Shown: piece by piece, positions 12,332 through 28,679 of the stretch
Numbering within the stretch: position 1 is the first letter of the stretch
Layout of the letters: the number at the start of each line of letters is the position of its first letter
Assembly (NCBI GenBank): GCA_964016885.1
Contig: OZ024752.1
Location: forward strand, 49,228,001 to 49,292,000
Direction of reading: 5' to 3'
DNA length: 64,000 nt
Origin: Eledone cirrhosa
Lineage: Eukaryota
The notes under the pieces: generated by a model
Told to the model about the DNA's origin: nothing
The model's database searches: none
Seen by the model: only the letters and a program-made list of their open reading frames with translations
Translations under genes and position numbers: made by a program

Positions 12332-12422
12332 CAGCCAGTCAGCCATCCAACCATCCAGTCAACCAGCCAGCCAGCCAGCCATCCAGCTAGCCAGCCATCC
12401 AACCATCCATCCATCCAGTCAA

Positions 12423-12463
<41 letters not shown>

Positions 12464-12960
12464 TAGCTAGCCAGCCACCAGCCAACCAGATACCAGCCAA
12501 CCAGTCAACCATACACCAGCCAGCCAGCCAGCCAACCAGTCAACCATAGACCAGCCAGCTAGCCAGCCACCAGCCAGCCATCCATCCATCCAGTCAACCA
12601 GCCAGCCAGCCAGCCAGCCAGCCAGCTAGCCAGTACCAGCCAACCATACACCATCCAGCCACCAACCAGCCAACCAGTCAACCATACACCAGCCAGCCAC
12701 CAGCTAGCCAGTACCAGCCAACCATACACCATCCAGCCACCAACCAGCCAACCAGTCAACCATACACCAGCCAGCCACCAGCTAGCCAGCCACCAACCAG
12801 CCAGCCAGCCAACCAGCCAGCCAGCCAACCAGTCAACCATAGACCAGCCAGCCAGCCACCAACCAGCCAGCCAGTCAACCATAGACCAGCCAGTCAGCCA
12901 GCCAGCCAGTCCGCCATCCAACCAACCGGCCAGCCGGCCAGCCAGCCAGTCAGTCAGTCA
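12332..12960. repeat. (CCAG)n-derived compound microsatellite
   Basis: agcc/ccag runs with duplicated cagtcaaccatacacc blocks. Confidence 0.9.
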
Positions 12961-13291
12961 ATACCAACTCATCGTAACTTTATTCTAGCAAATATGCGCA
13001 TCCATAGTAAACGGTCGATGCCCGTTCATCGCGTGGTGGAAATTAGCATCACTTAGTTGATGCAGTCGGAGAATGATGGGTAATTTTAAAATGGCGCTGT
13101 AGATCAATTTAGTAAAAAAGGACAACATTTAGTTTTAAAAAAAAACAACAAACAAAAAAACAACAAAACAAAAAAAAATAACAAAACAAAAAAAGAGAGC
13201 AAAGGCTGTTTCCAAAAAAAAAAAAAAAAAGTTTCAGAATTAAAAAAAAAAAAAAAGATCTGGTAAGTAGTTTTACGTTTAACTTTTTATG

Positions 13292-13361
<70 letters not shown>

Positions 13362-13775
13362 AGAGAGTGAGATAAAGAGAGAGAAAGAGAGAGAGAGATA
13401 AACATACACACACATATATATGTATATATATATATATATGGCTATATTTATATTTATACATACACATATATATGTGTGTGTATGTGTATATATATATGTA
13501 TGAATCAGAGCTCAGCCATTGGGGCCCGATTTTTTATAATATATATAAAAGTTGTCCCCCCCAAAAAACGTATTCTAATAAATATTGTTTGTACAGTGTG
13601 TATACATTTTTGGGGGACACCCTCTATATATAAATATATATAATCCGGCCTATTGTTGCTAGCGTCAAGTGATCCATTGCATCTTTTTTTTTTCACGGGG
13701 TCTTGTTTTGTTTTGTTTGTAAGGCTAGAGTAAAAAGATGTTTCCAGATGTCCCGATAAACACGGGACAGCAGCT

Positions 13776-13847
<72 letters not shown>

Positions 13848-14834
13848 CTGTATGTCTGTCTGTCTAAGTATTAGAAAGTGAAACTAGCGGAAGAGAAAGA
13901 GAGAAAGAGGAAAACATACACACACATACATACACACAAATAGATACATATACACACAAATAGATACATGCACACACACACACATGTACATACATACATA
14001 CATAAATACAGACACATACAGACACATACACACAGGGAAAAGGAAATATAACAGAGGCATTGTCTTATAATAGTTTGTTATTTGGGCACAAGGTCAGCAA
14101 TTTTGGGGAGAAGAAAGTCGATTAAACGACCTCAGTGCATTACTGGTAATTTATTTTATCGAGCCTCGTAAGGATGAAAGGCAAAGTTAACCTCGATAAT
14201 GGTAATAACAACAATAATTGTTTCTACTTTAGGCACAAGGCTAGCAAATTACTCAGTACATTACTGGTACTTTATTTTATCGACCCCGTAAGGATGAAAG
14301 GCAAAGTTAACCTCGGCGGGATTTGAACGCAGATTATAACAACAATAATAATTATTTCTACTATTGGCACAAGGCCAGCACATACCCCAGTACATTACTG
14401 GTACTTTATAATAATGATGATAAACAGTTGACTGAGATGATGTCAACGATGTTGGTGTTGACTCAGTTCATATGAGGAGGGGGGGGGGGGGGCATATGTC
14501 ATCAAACTGAGGTGAAAATATTGGAGCGTAATTAATTTGGCTCTATTGTAAATCTCGTATGTACACACACACTCATACATACATACATACACACATATAT
14601 ATTTATATATATATATTCACGCATATTTATATACACAGGGTGCCCCCCCCCAAAAAAAATGTATACACATTGTACAGGTAAAATGTATACACATAGTACA
14701 AGCAATATTTCAATATTTATCAGAATACGATTTGTGGGAGGGAGGGACAACTTGTATATGTTATATATTATAAAATAGTGAGTCTGATTACTCTAGAGTT
14801 TCGCCCGTTTACTACAGGATCAACAGACAAGAAC

Positions 14835-14867
<33 letters not shown>

Positions 14868-14880
14868 GTATATATATATG

Positions 14881-14934
<54 letters not shown>

Positions 14935-14938
<4 letters not shown>

Positions 14939-15083
14939 AACAAGTAAGACCCCGACGGCTGAGCTCAAGCCGTTTCGACGGCTAATTCTGGACTTACTTG
15001 TTCCTATTACCCACTCTACTACCCTAAGTATTGAGTACTTTGGTGCGTTATGGTCCACCTGGTTCCTTACCACATTTCCTTCG

Positions 15084-15086
<3 letters not shown>
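14935..15086 (+). mobile_element. Family B element: inverted arm plus tail
   Basis: Starts ta-ggaacaagtaagacccc, the same breakpoint as 1796; forward part resumes at cttacttgttcc; (TA)n on both sides. Confidence 0.7.
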
Positions 15087-15131
<45 letters not shown>

Positions 15132-15140
15132 ATATATATG

Positions 15141-15312
15141 CAGGACCGTCTTAACAGCATTATAACCCGCCCGCCCCCCGGGCAAAGAAGAGCACTGGGG
15201 CCTCTACCTACACAACCACTCACAGGAATAAAAATTCAAATGGGCCCTCTATCCTCGTGTCCCCCCACCCCCGGGCAACTGCCCAGCGTGCTCATGCGCT
15301 AAGACGACCCTG
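15141..15312. mobile_element. hAT-type MITE
   Basis: Termini caggaccgtctta / taagacgaccctg; GC-rich interior; tatatatatg on both flanks. Confidence 0.65.
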
Positions 15313-15726
15313 TATATATATGTATATATGCATGCATGTTTGTGGTCATCCGACCCAACTTGCCTGTAAATGGGACAAACCCGTCTAACCCATGCTAGCG
15401 TGGGAGATAGACGTTAATCGATGATGATATATGTATGTAAATATATATATATGTATATATATATATATATGTATATATATGTATATATTGACTGGCACAC
15501 GTGTACATATATACAAATAACCAATTTAAAAACAAATCCCGTCGCTGTAAATAATCGGTTCATATTCTATTGCAAAGACAAAAAAAATGTATATATATAT
15601 ATATAAAGATACATATATATAAAGATATATATGTATATATATATATATACATTTTTTTTTGTCTTTGCAAGGCTCTGATACCATCAACACTATAAACACA
15701 GAGCTGGCATATCTAAGAACTGACTA

Positions 15727-15782
15727 ACTGCCTGATGAGGTCATAGCCATTCAATGGCTATCATGGAAATATATATAGCAGT
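15727..15782 (+). ncRNA. Minimal hammerhead ribozyme (family D, element ~15670-15828)
   Basis: actgc-CTGATGA-ggtc atagccattcaatggctat catg-GAAA-tatata-TA-gcagt; the downstream tail recurs inverted at 23800-23842. Confidence 0.75.
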
Positions 15783-15827
15783 AAATAAAGGATTATGAGT
15801 TCAGGCAATTGACTTATGTTTCGTCAC

Positions 15828-15867
<40 letters not shown>

Positions 15868-15868
<1 letters not shown>

Positions 15869-15953
15869 AAATGAAGTAATTCCGACGGAAAAGGTCCAGG
15901 AAAAAAGAGTGCTCTATGTAGGTAACAGAGCTTAATAGTTATGTATACATAAC

Positions 15954-15955
<2 letters not shown>
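15868..15955 (-). mobile_element. Family F element: tail plus 10-bp inverted arm
   Basis: Reverse complement of 41901-41978; ends in the palindrome tagttatgta|tacataacta. Confidence 0.65.
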
Positions 15956-16010
<55 letters not shown>

Positions 16011-16036
16011 ATATATATATAAAACATATATATATA

Positions 16037-16094
<58 letters not shown>

Positions 16095-16210
16095 TGTATA
16101 TATGCATGTATACGTGTATGTATGTATATATGTATGCATATCAATATGTGTGTTTATATATACACATGCATATATATATGTTTATATACACATACATATA
16201 TACACACATA

Positions 16211-16249
<39 letters not shown>

Positions 16250-16439
16250 TGTATGTATGTATATTTACAGGCTTCCGTTTAAAATATAAAGTTTAAACTT
16301 TGAGCCTAATAAGTAAAATAGAGAGATTAACTTTCACAGTTATTTCTTTTGTTAAATCTCCCAGCATATATTTTCATGTCGTCTCATTTCCTCTGTAAAT
16401 TATTAAAATCATCTCCATCATTTTTTCCCCTCATTATTG

Positions 16440-16892
16440 TCGGACGCCATGCTTTGACGTATAGAGTTACGGCCCTTGCCATTCTGAGTTCAAATCCCGC
16501 CGAGGTTAACTTTGCCTTTCATCCTTACGGGGTCGATAAAATAAAGTACCAGTAATGTACTGGAGTTATTGCTGGCCTTGTGCCTAAAGTAGAAACAATT
16601 ATTATACAAATCAAATCTAAATCACTTCCCCATCTCACCGCCCTTCGTCATCATCATCATCGTTATAACCTATAGAGCGCCGGACAAAATACCTTGATTG
16701 ATATATAATAACTGTTTCTACGTTAGGCACAAGGCCAGCAATTACTCCAGTGCATTACTGGTACTTTATTTTATCGACCCCGTAAGGATGAAAGGCAAAG
16801 TTGACTTTGGCAGGATTTGAACTCAGACCCCGTCGAGGTCAACTTTGCCTTTCATCCTTACGGGGTCGATAAAATAAAGTACCAGTAATATA
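16440..16892. mobile_element. Cluster of family 1 SINEs, including a head-to-head pair
   Basis: Plus copy 16440-16603; minus copy 16712-16828 fused to plus copy 16829-16892. Confidence 0.8.
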
Positions 16893-17417
16893 CTCCCTCC
16901 CCCCGATATAGCTGGGCTTGTATCTACGTTAGACACGATTCTTCTCTCCTTCATCTTCATCATAATCATCATCATCATTATCATCATCAACCGCCACCAT
17001 CATCGTCACGACGACGACCACCACCAACACCACCACCATCACCACCAACACCACGACTACTACTACTACCACCACCACCACTACCAACACCACCAACACC
17101 ACGACTACTACTACTACTACCACCACTACCACCACCACCACTACCACCACCACCACTACCATCACCACCAACACCACGGCTACTACTACTACTACTAATA
17201 CCACCACTACCACCATCACCATCACCACCACCACAACAACAACAACACCACCACCATCAATACCACCACCACCACCATCACCTCCACAACAACCACCATC
17301 ATCACCATCATCATCAGCACCACCACCACCACCACCACCACCACTACCACCACCACCACTACCACCACCACCACCACCACTACCACCACCACCACTACCA
17401 CCACCACCACCACCACC

Positions 17418-17617
17418 NNNNNNNNNNNNNNNNNNNNNNNNNNNNNNNNNNNNNNNNNNNNNNNNNNNNNNNNNNNNNNNNNNNNNNNNNNNNNNNNNNN
17501 NNNNNNNNNNNNNNNNNNNNNNNNNNNNNNNNNNNNNNNNNNNNNNNNNNNNNNNNNNNNNNNNNNNNNNNNNNNNNNNNNNNNNNNNNNNNNNNNNNNN
17601 NNNNNNNNNNNNNNNNN
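17418..17617. other. Assembly gap (200 N) inside an (ACC)n tract
   Basis: Run of N. Confidence 1.
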
Positions 17618-17869
17618 CACTACCACCACCACCACCACCACCATCATCATCATCAATCAACCAGTCTTCGGTTAAACATATGTTCAGAAATATTCATTTA
17701 TTTATTATATATGGTTGTAAGATATAAACAAATGGTGGACATTATTTAGAGACACGTTTGTGGGTGGGTGGGGAGTGTGGTGTGGGGTGTGTGTGGGGGT
17801 GGGAGTGTGGTGTGTGTGGGGGGTATTATGGTATGTGGGGGAGTGTGTGTACTGTGTGTGTGAGTGTGG

Positions 17870-18450
17870 TGTGTGTGTGTGTGTGTGGTGTGTGTATTGT
17901 GTGTGGTGTGGTTAGGTGTGTGGGGGAGTGTGGTTTATGGTGTGTGGGGGAGTATGTGTATTATGGTGTGTGTATTGTGTGTGTGTGTGTGGGGTGTGTG
18001 TATATATTGTGTGAATATGATGTGTGTATATATATATATATATTGTGTATGTGTGAAAGTGTGTGTGTGTGGTGTGTGTATTGTGTGTGGTGTGGTTAGG
18101 TGTGTGGGGGAGTGTGGTTTATGGTGTGTGGGGGAGTATGTGTATTATGGTGTGTGTATTGTGTGTGTGTGTGTGGGGTGTGTGTATATATTGTGTGAAT
18201 ATGATGTGTGTATATATATATATATATTGTGTATGTGTGAAAGTGTGTGTGTGTGGTGTGTGTATTGTGTGTGGTGTGGTTAGGTGTGTGGGGGAGTGTG
18301 GTTTATGGTGTGTGGGGGAGTATGTGTATTATGGTGTGTGTATTGTGTGTGTGTGTGTGTGGGGTGTGTATATATTGTGTGAATATGATGTGTGTATATA
18401 TATATATATATATTGTGTATGTGTGAAAGTGTGTGTGTGTGTGTGGTGTG
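17870..18450. repeat. 184-bp GT-rich unit, 3 copies
   Basis: gtggttaggtgtgtgggggagtgtggtttatgg recurs at 184-bp spacing. Confidence 0.85.
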
Positions 18451-19251
18451 TCAGTATGTTTATATATATATATATATACGTGTGTTTGTGAAAGAGCGTG
18501 TGATTAGAGATTAGAGTAATCGGCCCAATCTCGTAAGATAGTGAGTTCGATTCCTAGCTGTGTGATGTATCCTTCCTTGAGCAAGACACTTCATTCCACG
18601 TAGCTCTAGTCCACCCAGCTGGCAGTACTGTGTGTTGTACCTGTAAATCAAAAGACCACTCTTGTCACATGCTGTGTCAGGCTGTCACACGGTCGCAGGC
18701 TGTTTCGTTGTTCCATCAAGTGTATCACTCGTCGTCGAAATGCGACGGAGATCCAACAACAACGCCAATGTTTTGTATGTGTATGTGTGTGTATATGTGT
18801 GTGTGTGTTTGTGAGAGAGAGAGAGAGATATAGAGAGAGAGCAGGCACCTATGTATGTATGTATGTATGTATGTATGGATGTATATATGTATGTATATAT
18901 GTATGTATGTATATATATATATATGTTTGTATATATATGTTTATATGTATATATATGTATGTATGTATATATATGTATGCATATATGTATGTATTTATGT
19001 ATGTATGTATATATGTATATATATATGTATGTATATACGTATGTATATATGCATGCATATATGTATGTATATATGTATGTATATATGCATGTATGTATAT
19101 ATGTATGCATGTATATATGCATGTATATATGTATGTATATATGTATGTATATATATATATGTATGTATGTAAATATGTATGTATATATACTGTACATTTG
19201 TTCTAATATAATTCTGTCTGTATCAGATATATTTATATTTATATACATATA

Positions 19252-19342
19252 CAGGCTGTTCCCCAAAAATGTATACACACTTTGATTAGAAATTAGAACG
19301 CTGTTGAAGTGTGTATACATTTTTTTTTGGGGGGGGACACTG
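19252..19342. mobile_element. Tc1/mariner MITE
   Basis: ta-caggctgttccccaaaaatgtatacacactt ... aagtgtgtatacattttt...ggggacactg-ta; related copies near 13551, 14636, 37714, 37828, 39577, 40712, 47751, 50170, 59254 and 59381. Confidence 0.75.
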
Positions 19343-19455
19343 TATATATGTTTTTATGCGTGCATATACATGTATGTGTATTATATATATAAATATAGAC
19401 GTACCATATGTGTGAATATATATATATATATATACACACACACATGATACGTATA

Positions 19456-19507
<52 letters not shown>

Positions 19508-19583
19508 AACGTATTAAATTTACTCTTTGTGCTAATTGTCATGTTTTTCCATATATTTTTCTTTAATACACACACACACACAC

Positions 19584-19685
<102 letters not shown>

Positions 19686-20086
19686 TTTCTTTTAGTTTTT
19701 TATCGATTCCTTTTCTCTATAATTTTCTCTTATAATGATGTTTTTCTTCTCTCTTTATTATCGTAAAGTTTTTTCTTTCTTTGTCACCAAAACTAACAAC
19801 AAAGTTAAACTGTCGATGTCATAGATGTATATAAACAAATAAGCAGACGATGAATGTATATGACAGAGGGTGAGAGAGTGACAACAACGAGTGAGAGAGA
19901 GAGTGACAGAGAGAGAGACAGCGAGAGAGAGAGAGAGAGAGAGACGACTACGAGAGAGAGAGTGAGAGGGAGTGCAGACGATAAATGTATATGATATGGA
20001 AAGAGAGAGAGCGAGAGAGAGAGAGAGAGAGAGACAGAGAGGGAGACGACGAGAGAGAGTAGACGATAAATGTATATGGTATAGAA

Positions 20087-20124
<38 letters not shown>

Positions 20125-20216
20125 GACTACGAGAGAGAGAGAGAGAGAGAGAAAGAGGGAGAGACGACTAGAGAGAGAGAGAGACGACGACGAGAGAGAG
20201 AAAAGAGAGAGAGACG

Positions 20217-20256
<40 letters not shown>

Positions 20257-20341
20257 CGAGAGACGACGAGAGAGAGAGAGAGAGACGACAAGACAGAGAG
20301 AGAGACGACGAGAGAGAGAAAAAGCGAGAGAGACGAGAGAG

Positions 20342-20383
<42 letters not shown>

Positions 20384-20830
20384 TGGTTTGTTCTTTATCT
20401 AGCCATTATTATTAAAGAAATAATGGATATCGGAGGTCCTGGTGACTCTCTCCACCTCTTCCACCCCTCTCTATCTTTCTCTTTGCCTTTCTCTGCCTTT
20501 CTCTCTGTCTCTTTTTTTCTCTCTCTCGCCCCCTCTCTCTATGTATATATATATATATGAGAGAGAGTTCTGGACAGATATGGCCGGTTTAAATGCTAAA
20601 ATGGTTAAGTTAGTGTTTGGAATATAACTTAACAAAGGTTCTTAAATAATTTATGATGGAAGGATTTTAAAAGCTTTAAAATAGTTTTGTATAGTAGAAG
20701 CAATGAAGGTTTTATGTGGTTTTAGTATCAGATGGGTTGTTGGTAGAGTATTAGGGTTATTTGTATGTTTATAGTTATATTGTGTTGTGTGTATATATAT
20801 ATATATTAATATTTTATATATATATATATA

Positions 20831-21020
20831 TAGGAACGAGTAGGACCCCGACGGCTGAGCTCAAGCCGTTTCGACGGCTAATTCTGGTCGAGAATAAGCC
20901 GTCGAAACGGCTTGAGCTCAGCGTCGGGTCCTACTCGTTCCTATTACCCACTCTACTACCTAAGTATTGAGTACTTTGGTGCGTTATGGTCCACCTGGTT
21001 CCTTACCACATTTCCTTCGT

Positions 21021-21022
<2 letters not shown>
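20831..21022 (+). mobile_element. Family B element with inverted arm
   Basis: taggaacgagtaggacc ... ggtcctactcgttccta hairpin plus the same tail; (TA)n on both sides. Confidence 0.7.
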
Positions 21023-21081
<59 letters not shown>

Positions 21082-21352
21082 GTGTGTATATATATATATA
21101 TGTGTGTGTGTGTGGTTGTGTGTATATATAACTCCGATATAAAACCTGCGGCTCAAGTAGTTACCGATGATGTTGATCTTTTCTTCTTTTCGGGTTATAG
21201 CTACTGTCTCTCAGAGAGTGGGATTGGCTCCGTGCACAGTCTTTCCTCACTTAGAAATATATCTTCACGCACAGGCATTGCACGATAGAATTAATTAATA
21301 ATTATTAATAATGGTATATCGTGCAATGGCCATACTCGATAACGAGGGGGCA

Positions 21353-21400
<48 letters not shown>

Positions 21401-21805
21401 ATTTATATGTATATATATATGTGTATATATTTATATATATATGTATGTATTTATATGTATATATATATATTTATATATATGTATGTATTTATATGTTTAT
21501 AAATATATATATATATATTTATATGTATGTATATATATATGTATATATATATATTTATATATGTATGTATTTATATGTTTATAAATATATATATATATTT
21601 ATGTATGTATATATATATATATATTCATTTAGATATATACATATATTCATGTATATATATATATCTATATATACACAAACATATATGTATGTATTTATAT
21701 ATATATATATTATGTATGTATACATGTATGTATATATATATACATCAGTTCTTGTCTTCGGGCGCCTCACATAAATACATCTTTTATTTTGGGGCTGGTT
21801 TTCTT

Positions 21806-21847
<42 letters not shown>

Positions 21848-21858
21848 TCCACCTTTCC

Positions 21859-21946
<88 letters not shown>

Positions 21947-22108
21947 CTATCTATCTATCTTTTTCTCCCCCTGTCCTTACCTCTCACTTGTTTTCTTTGC
22001 AAGTAAGCACAAACACACACACACACACTTACTCACACACATTCACACAAACGCACACACACACATTTACTTACACACATACACACAAACACACACTGTA
22101 CGTACGTC

Positions 22109-22188
<80 letters not shown>

Positions 22189-22519
22189 CTCTGATGCGTG
22201 CGTTTACGTGCGTTTACGTGCGTTTACGTGCGAGCGCACTAACGCATTTTCCTTCGCCGAATTCATCATATTTCGAGCATTTTATACAATAATAAATGGA
22301 TATAGATATAGATATTGATATGGATTAGCAGAGAATGGCTCTCCTTCCTTCTTCTAACTGTGAATGTGATAAAAGTATAGATAAAATTGCATGCATGCCA
22401 TCTATCACATTGGAAAAATCATTAATTTTTAATATACATTGTATATTTATTTTGATAGCTTCCCGTTTAGCTTTCAATTAAATGTCAATCTAATATTTAA
22501 TTAAAACCAGTTTCAAAAT

Positions 22520-22606
<87 letters not shown>

Positions 22607-22880
22607 ATATATATATTTTTATATATATATATGTATGTATGTATCTATGTATGTTTGTATGTATGTATGTATGTATGATTGTATGTATGTATATATATGC
22701 ATGTATGTATCTATGTATGTATGTAAGTATGTATGTATGTATATGTATGTATCTATGTATGTATGTACGTATGTATGTATATATATATGCATGCATGTAT
22801 GTATATGTATGCATGTATGTATGTATGTAAGTAAGTATTGTAAGTATTATGATATATAAATATATATATGTACGATATGA

Positions 22881-22923
<43 letters not shown>

Positions 22924-22959
22924 TATATATATATTCAAATATATATATTCATATATATA

Positions 22960-23040
<81 letters not shown>

Positions 23041-23500
23041 ATATATATATATCGATACCATTGTATATAATTACGTGTATATTGATGTCGGTGAGTCGTG
23101 TCAACGTGCTCATGAGTATATACATACATTCATATATATAGAGAGAGATTCATATATGTGTGTGTTTGTGTGTGTGTGTGTGTGTGTTTGTGTGTGTGCG
23201 TGTGCGTGTGTGTGATGAAATCTAGAAATGAGTGTTTGTATATCTAAATGTATTTCATAATACAGGACCTTAGACACACATACATACACACACACCTACA
23301 CACACACCTACACACCTACACCTACACACACACCCATATATATATATATATATATAATCGATATCAACCTTATTATCAATTATAAATGAATGGAATTGTA
23401 TATTAATAAGAATATTTCCTATTGTTATTCTATATTTCTGAGGTTGACTAGGAAGAAATCAACATATGTATATATATATATATATGTATGTATATATATG

Positions 23501-23661
<161 letters not shown>

Positions 23662-23707
23662 AGTGCGTGTGTATGTATGCATGCATTCATTCATATACAG
23701 ACACACG

Positions 23708-23777
<70 letters not shown>

Positions 23778-23860
23778 CATACATATATATATATATATTT
23801 AGTGACGAAACATAAGTCAATTGCATAAACTCATAATCGTTTATATATATATATACATAC

Positions 23861-23993
<133 letters not shown>

Positions 23994-24065
23994 TATGTTT
24001 ATATGTACTGAGGTCGATTTAATTGCGCCTATAGTAGAAATCATTATTGAAATCATTATTATTAG

Positions 24066-24386
24066 AGTCGATAAAATAAAGAACCAGTAATACACTGGGG
24101 CCTATTTAATCCACTTTCTCTCCTGCCCTCAAATTGCTGGCCTTGTGCCTAAAATAGAAACAATTGTTACTACAGAGACGATAAAATAAAGTACCAGTAA
24201 TACACTGGGGTTTCTATTTAATCCAATTTCTCTCCTGTCCCCAAAATTGCTGGCCTTGTGCCTAAAATAGAAACAATTGTTACTACAGAGACGATAAAAT
24301 AAAGTACCAGTAATACACTGGGGGTCTATTTAATCCACTTTCTCTCCTGTCCCCAAAATTGCTGGCCTTGTGCCTAAAATAGAAAC
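24066..24386 (+). repeat. Three tandem copies of a SINE 3' half (~110-115 bp)
   Basis: cgataaaataaagtaccagtaatacactgggg...gctggccttgtgcctaaaatagaaac three times. Confidence 0.85.
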
Positions 24387-24707
24387 CCTTATTATTATGA
24401 TTGTAAGTTTTCAAGTTCAACTTTTCCTAAGGTTTACATTTGTAAATCTATGTAAGTTCGTCTTCACAGCACCTCGCCTCAATAAACACTGTCCCGTCTG
24501 CTGTTTGCCCCTTTTTCTTCGAGTAGACTTCTGCTATCATCCCTTTACCCCCAGGCTCAATTATATTTATATATATATATGTGTATATATATATATATGT
24601 GTGTGTGTGTATATGTATGGATATATATATGTATGTCTGTATGTATATACACTCACGCATATAGTAGATTGCTTGAGGAAGCCTCATGTATATGTGGATA
24701 TATATAC

Positions 24708-24739
<32 letters not shown>

Positions 24740-24902
24740 ATATATATGTATGTATGTATGTATATATATATATAATATATATATGTAATGTATATATATA
24801 TGTGTATATATTTGCATATATTTAAACATATATATGCATACATATATTGTGTATCTATAAGGGGTGGTACTTTCTCAAAACAATTATAACCATATATAAA
24901 TA

Positions 24903-25003
<101 letters not shown>

Positions 25004-25018
25004 GTATATATATATATG

Positions 25019-25176
<158 letters not shown>

Positions 25177-25594
25177 AGAAATAGATAGACTTTTATTAAC
25201 AATTGCTTGTCTTCAACAACAACAATAGCAATAACAACAACAATAACAACAACCACTCAATGTTTTATTGTTGTTCTACTTGTTATTTTTCGTCCTTCGT
25301 TGTTTTTCTTCTTCTTCTTCTTCTTCTTCTTCTTCTTCTTCTTCTTCTTCTTCTTCTTCTTCTTCTTCTTCTTCTTCTTCTTCTTCTTCTTCTTCTTCTT
25401 CTTCTTCTTCTTCTTCTTCTTCTTCTTCTTCTTCTTCTTCTTCCCTACTCCTGTTCCGGATGTGTACGTAATATCTGATGTGATATATACATATATATAA
25501 TATATATATATAATATATATATATAATATATATATATATAATATATATATAATATATATATATATAATATATATATATATAATATATATATATA

Positions 25595-25638
<44 letters not shown>

Positions 25639-25772
25639 TATATACATATATATTATATATATATATATTATATATATATATATTATATATATATATATTA
25701 TATATATATATATTATATATATATAATATATATAATATATATATATGTATACCATTTCTATACTTTTCATTT

Positions 25773-25823
<51 letters not shown>

Positions 25824-25945
25824 TTATATATATATATATATATATGTATACATATATATATGTATACAAATATATATATATAGGTATATATATATACATA
25901 TATATACATATATATATATTATATATATACATATGTATATATATG

Positions 25946-26031
<86 letters not shown>

Positions 26032-26897
26032 TACCAACTCATTATTAGATAGACATACATCTCTCTCTCTCTGTATATATATATATATATATGAATATAT
26101 ATATACATATATATACACATATATATATATATACACATATATATACATATATACATATATGTATATAAATATATATGTATACATATATATAGACATATAT
26201 ATACATATATATATATACATATATATTTATACATATATATACACACACACATCCTTACCCTCTATACATTGTCCTTACTCCCTTTGCTTTTGCTTAAAAC
26301 TCCACTGAAACCAATGTCGCCCCACTCCCCTCCAGCTATATCTACATTTGGTAAGTGTGTATATATATATATATATGTATATATGTATATATATATATGT
26401 ATGTATGTTGTATGTGGATGCTCCATATTCATACATAAACACACACATATATATATATATTTATATATATATATATACATGTGTGTATGTGTGTGTGTAT
26501 TCGTGTATGTATATATGTATTTATTTATATATATATATATATATATACATAAATTTATATATCTATATACGTATATATATATGTATATATGTGTATGTAT
26601 ATATTAGATATACATTATATATATACGTGTATATATATATATGTGTGTGTGCGTATGCGTGTACATATATATATGTATATATATATGTATGTATATATAT
26701 ATGTATATATATATATTTATATATATATATCTGAATATATATATATATATATGTAGATAGGTATATACGTATATACATACACACCCATACACACACACAC
26801 ATATATATATACACACACACACACACATAGATACATATACATATATACACACAGATATATATATAAACATATATATATATTCAACCATATATATATA

Positions 26898-26935
<38 letters not shown>

Positions 26936-27420
26936 CATCTGTTTATCTCTGGAAGGGAGTTTGCACAGCAATTGGGGGAAGGACAGAAAGTGAACAAGAC
27001 AGTGGCAGGGCAGGCAGACGAGTTGACAGTTGCCACGCTCCCTTATACATAATCTATATGTATATGTCTATGAAGCTAAGTCTACGTATATGTACACAGC
27101 ACTTTTCCTAGCGAATAAGTGTTGCTGAGAGGGGTTCGTCCCTCTTTTCTCTCTCTATATATATATTTATTGTCGTTGTCGCCGTGTTGTTTAGGTTGAC
27201 CGGCCTGAATTGATTATTTTTACTCTTTGTGTCTCTACAGGGCGCCATATCTATCGTCCGTTCTCCTGCTCACACACACTCACACACATACATACATATA
27301 TATATATATATAGATATATACACACACAGATATATATATATATAGATATATATATACATATACGTATACGTATGTAGATAGATACATACATACGTACGTA
27401 CGTACATACATACTACTTAC

Positions 27421-27538
27421 AGTTACAAGCCAGCGCAATATCAACTCCATTGTAAAGCGTTATGCAAAACGCTTTCAGTTCCGCTCTTCATTGAAGACAG
27501 TAATCTCTTTGACTCATCTACAAAATCTTTCATTTCAA
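27421..27538 (-). other. Candidate exon of an unidentified gene (contains a stop)
   Basis: Unique island with a cag acceptor and gtaagt donor; reads EMKDFVDESKRLLSSMKSGTESVLHNALQWS*; no homology recognised. Confidence 0.35.
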
Positions 27539-27565
27539 CTGATTTGTTTTCAAAAACAAACAACA

Positions 27566-27603
<38 letters not shown>

Positions 27604-27608
27604 ACACA

Positions 27609-27644
<36 letters not shown>

Positions 27645-27705
27645 TACATATATACATACACATTTATTTATCGTACTGACTTATTATCACATATATATAT
27701 ACACG

Positions 27706-27753
<48 letters not shown>

Positions 27754-27989
27754 TATATAAAAATTCTATATACATATTTACACATAGACAGATATATACA
27801 TATACACACACACACACATATATATATATATACACATAACACACATAAATATATATAAATACACACACACACACAATCCAATCCATACACACACAAACAC
27901 ATATACACACAAATATATATATATACCTATATATATACATATCAAGAACAAATACGATTTGCGATCTTCGCCTAGACATTTATTTTTTT

Positions 27990-28033
<44 letters not shown>

Positions 28034-28634
28034 ATAAATAAATATATATATATATTTATATATATATATATAAACACACACGTATATGTATATATATACA
28101 TATAGATTATTATGTACTCTTTGTACTATTGCTGGTGGGATGAATTTTAACTCGTGTCCAAGAGGCTACCCCTTCGACCAGACCAACAGCTTCTTCGTTC
28201 CTTATTTGTGATTCATACTCTCACTTGGATATGTTGACATCTGTGTCTTTCAAAAGTATACAGCTTTTGAAGTTTTAGGTGAGTGTTCCTTATATCTCTT
28301 TAAAAACTTAATATGCTAGGTGCGCGTGTATGTGTGTGTGTGTGTGGGGGGGGGGGGTTGTTTGTGTGTGTTTTGTTTATGCGTGTGTGTGTGCAGGTGC
28401 GTGTGTGTATGTTTGTGTTTGTTTGTTTGTGTGTGTGTGTGTGTGTCTGTGAGTGTATGTGTATGTGTGTGTGTGTACGTGTGTTTGTGTGTACGTACGT
28501 GTGTGTGTGGGGGGGGGGGCGTGTTTGTTTGTGTGTGTGTGGGGAGGGGTTGTGTGTTTGTTTGTGTGCGTTTGTTTATGCGTTTGTGTGTGTGTGTGTG
28601 CAGGTGCGTGTGTGTATGTTTGTGTTTGAATGTT

Positions 28635-28679
<45 letters not shown>

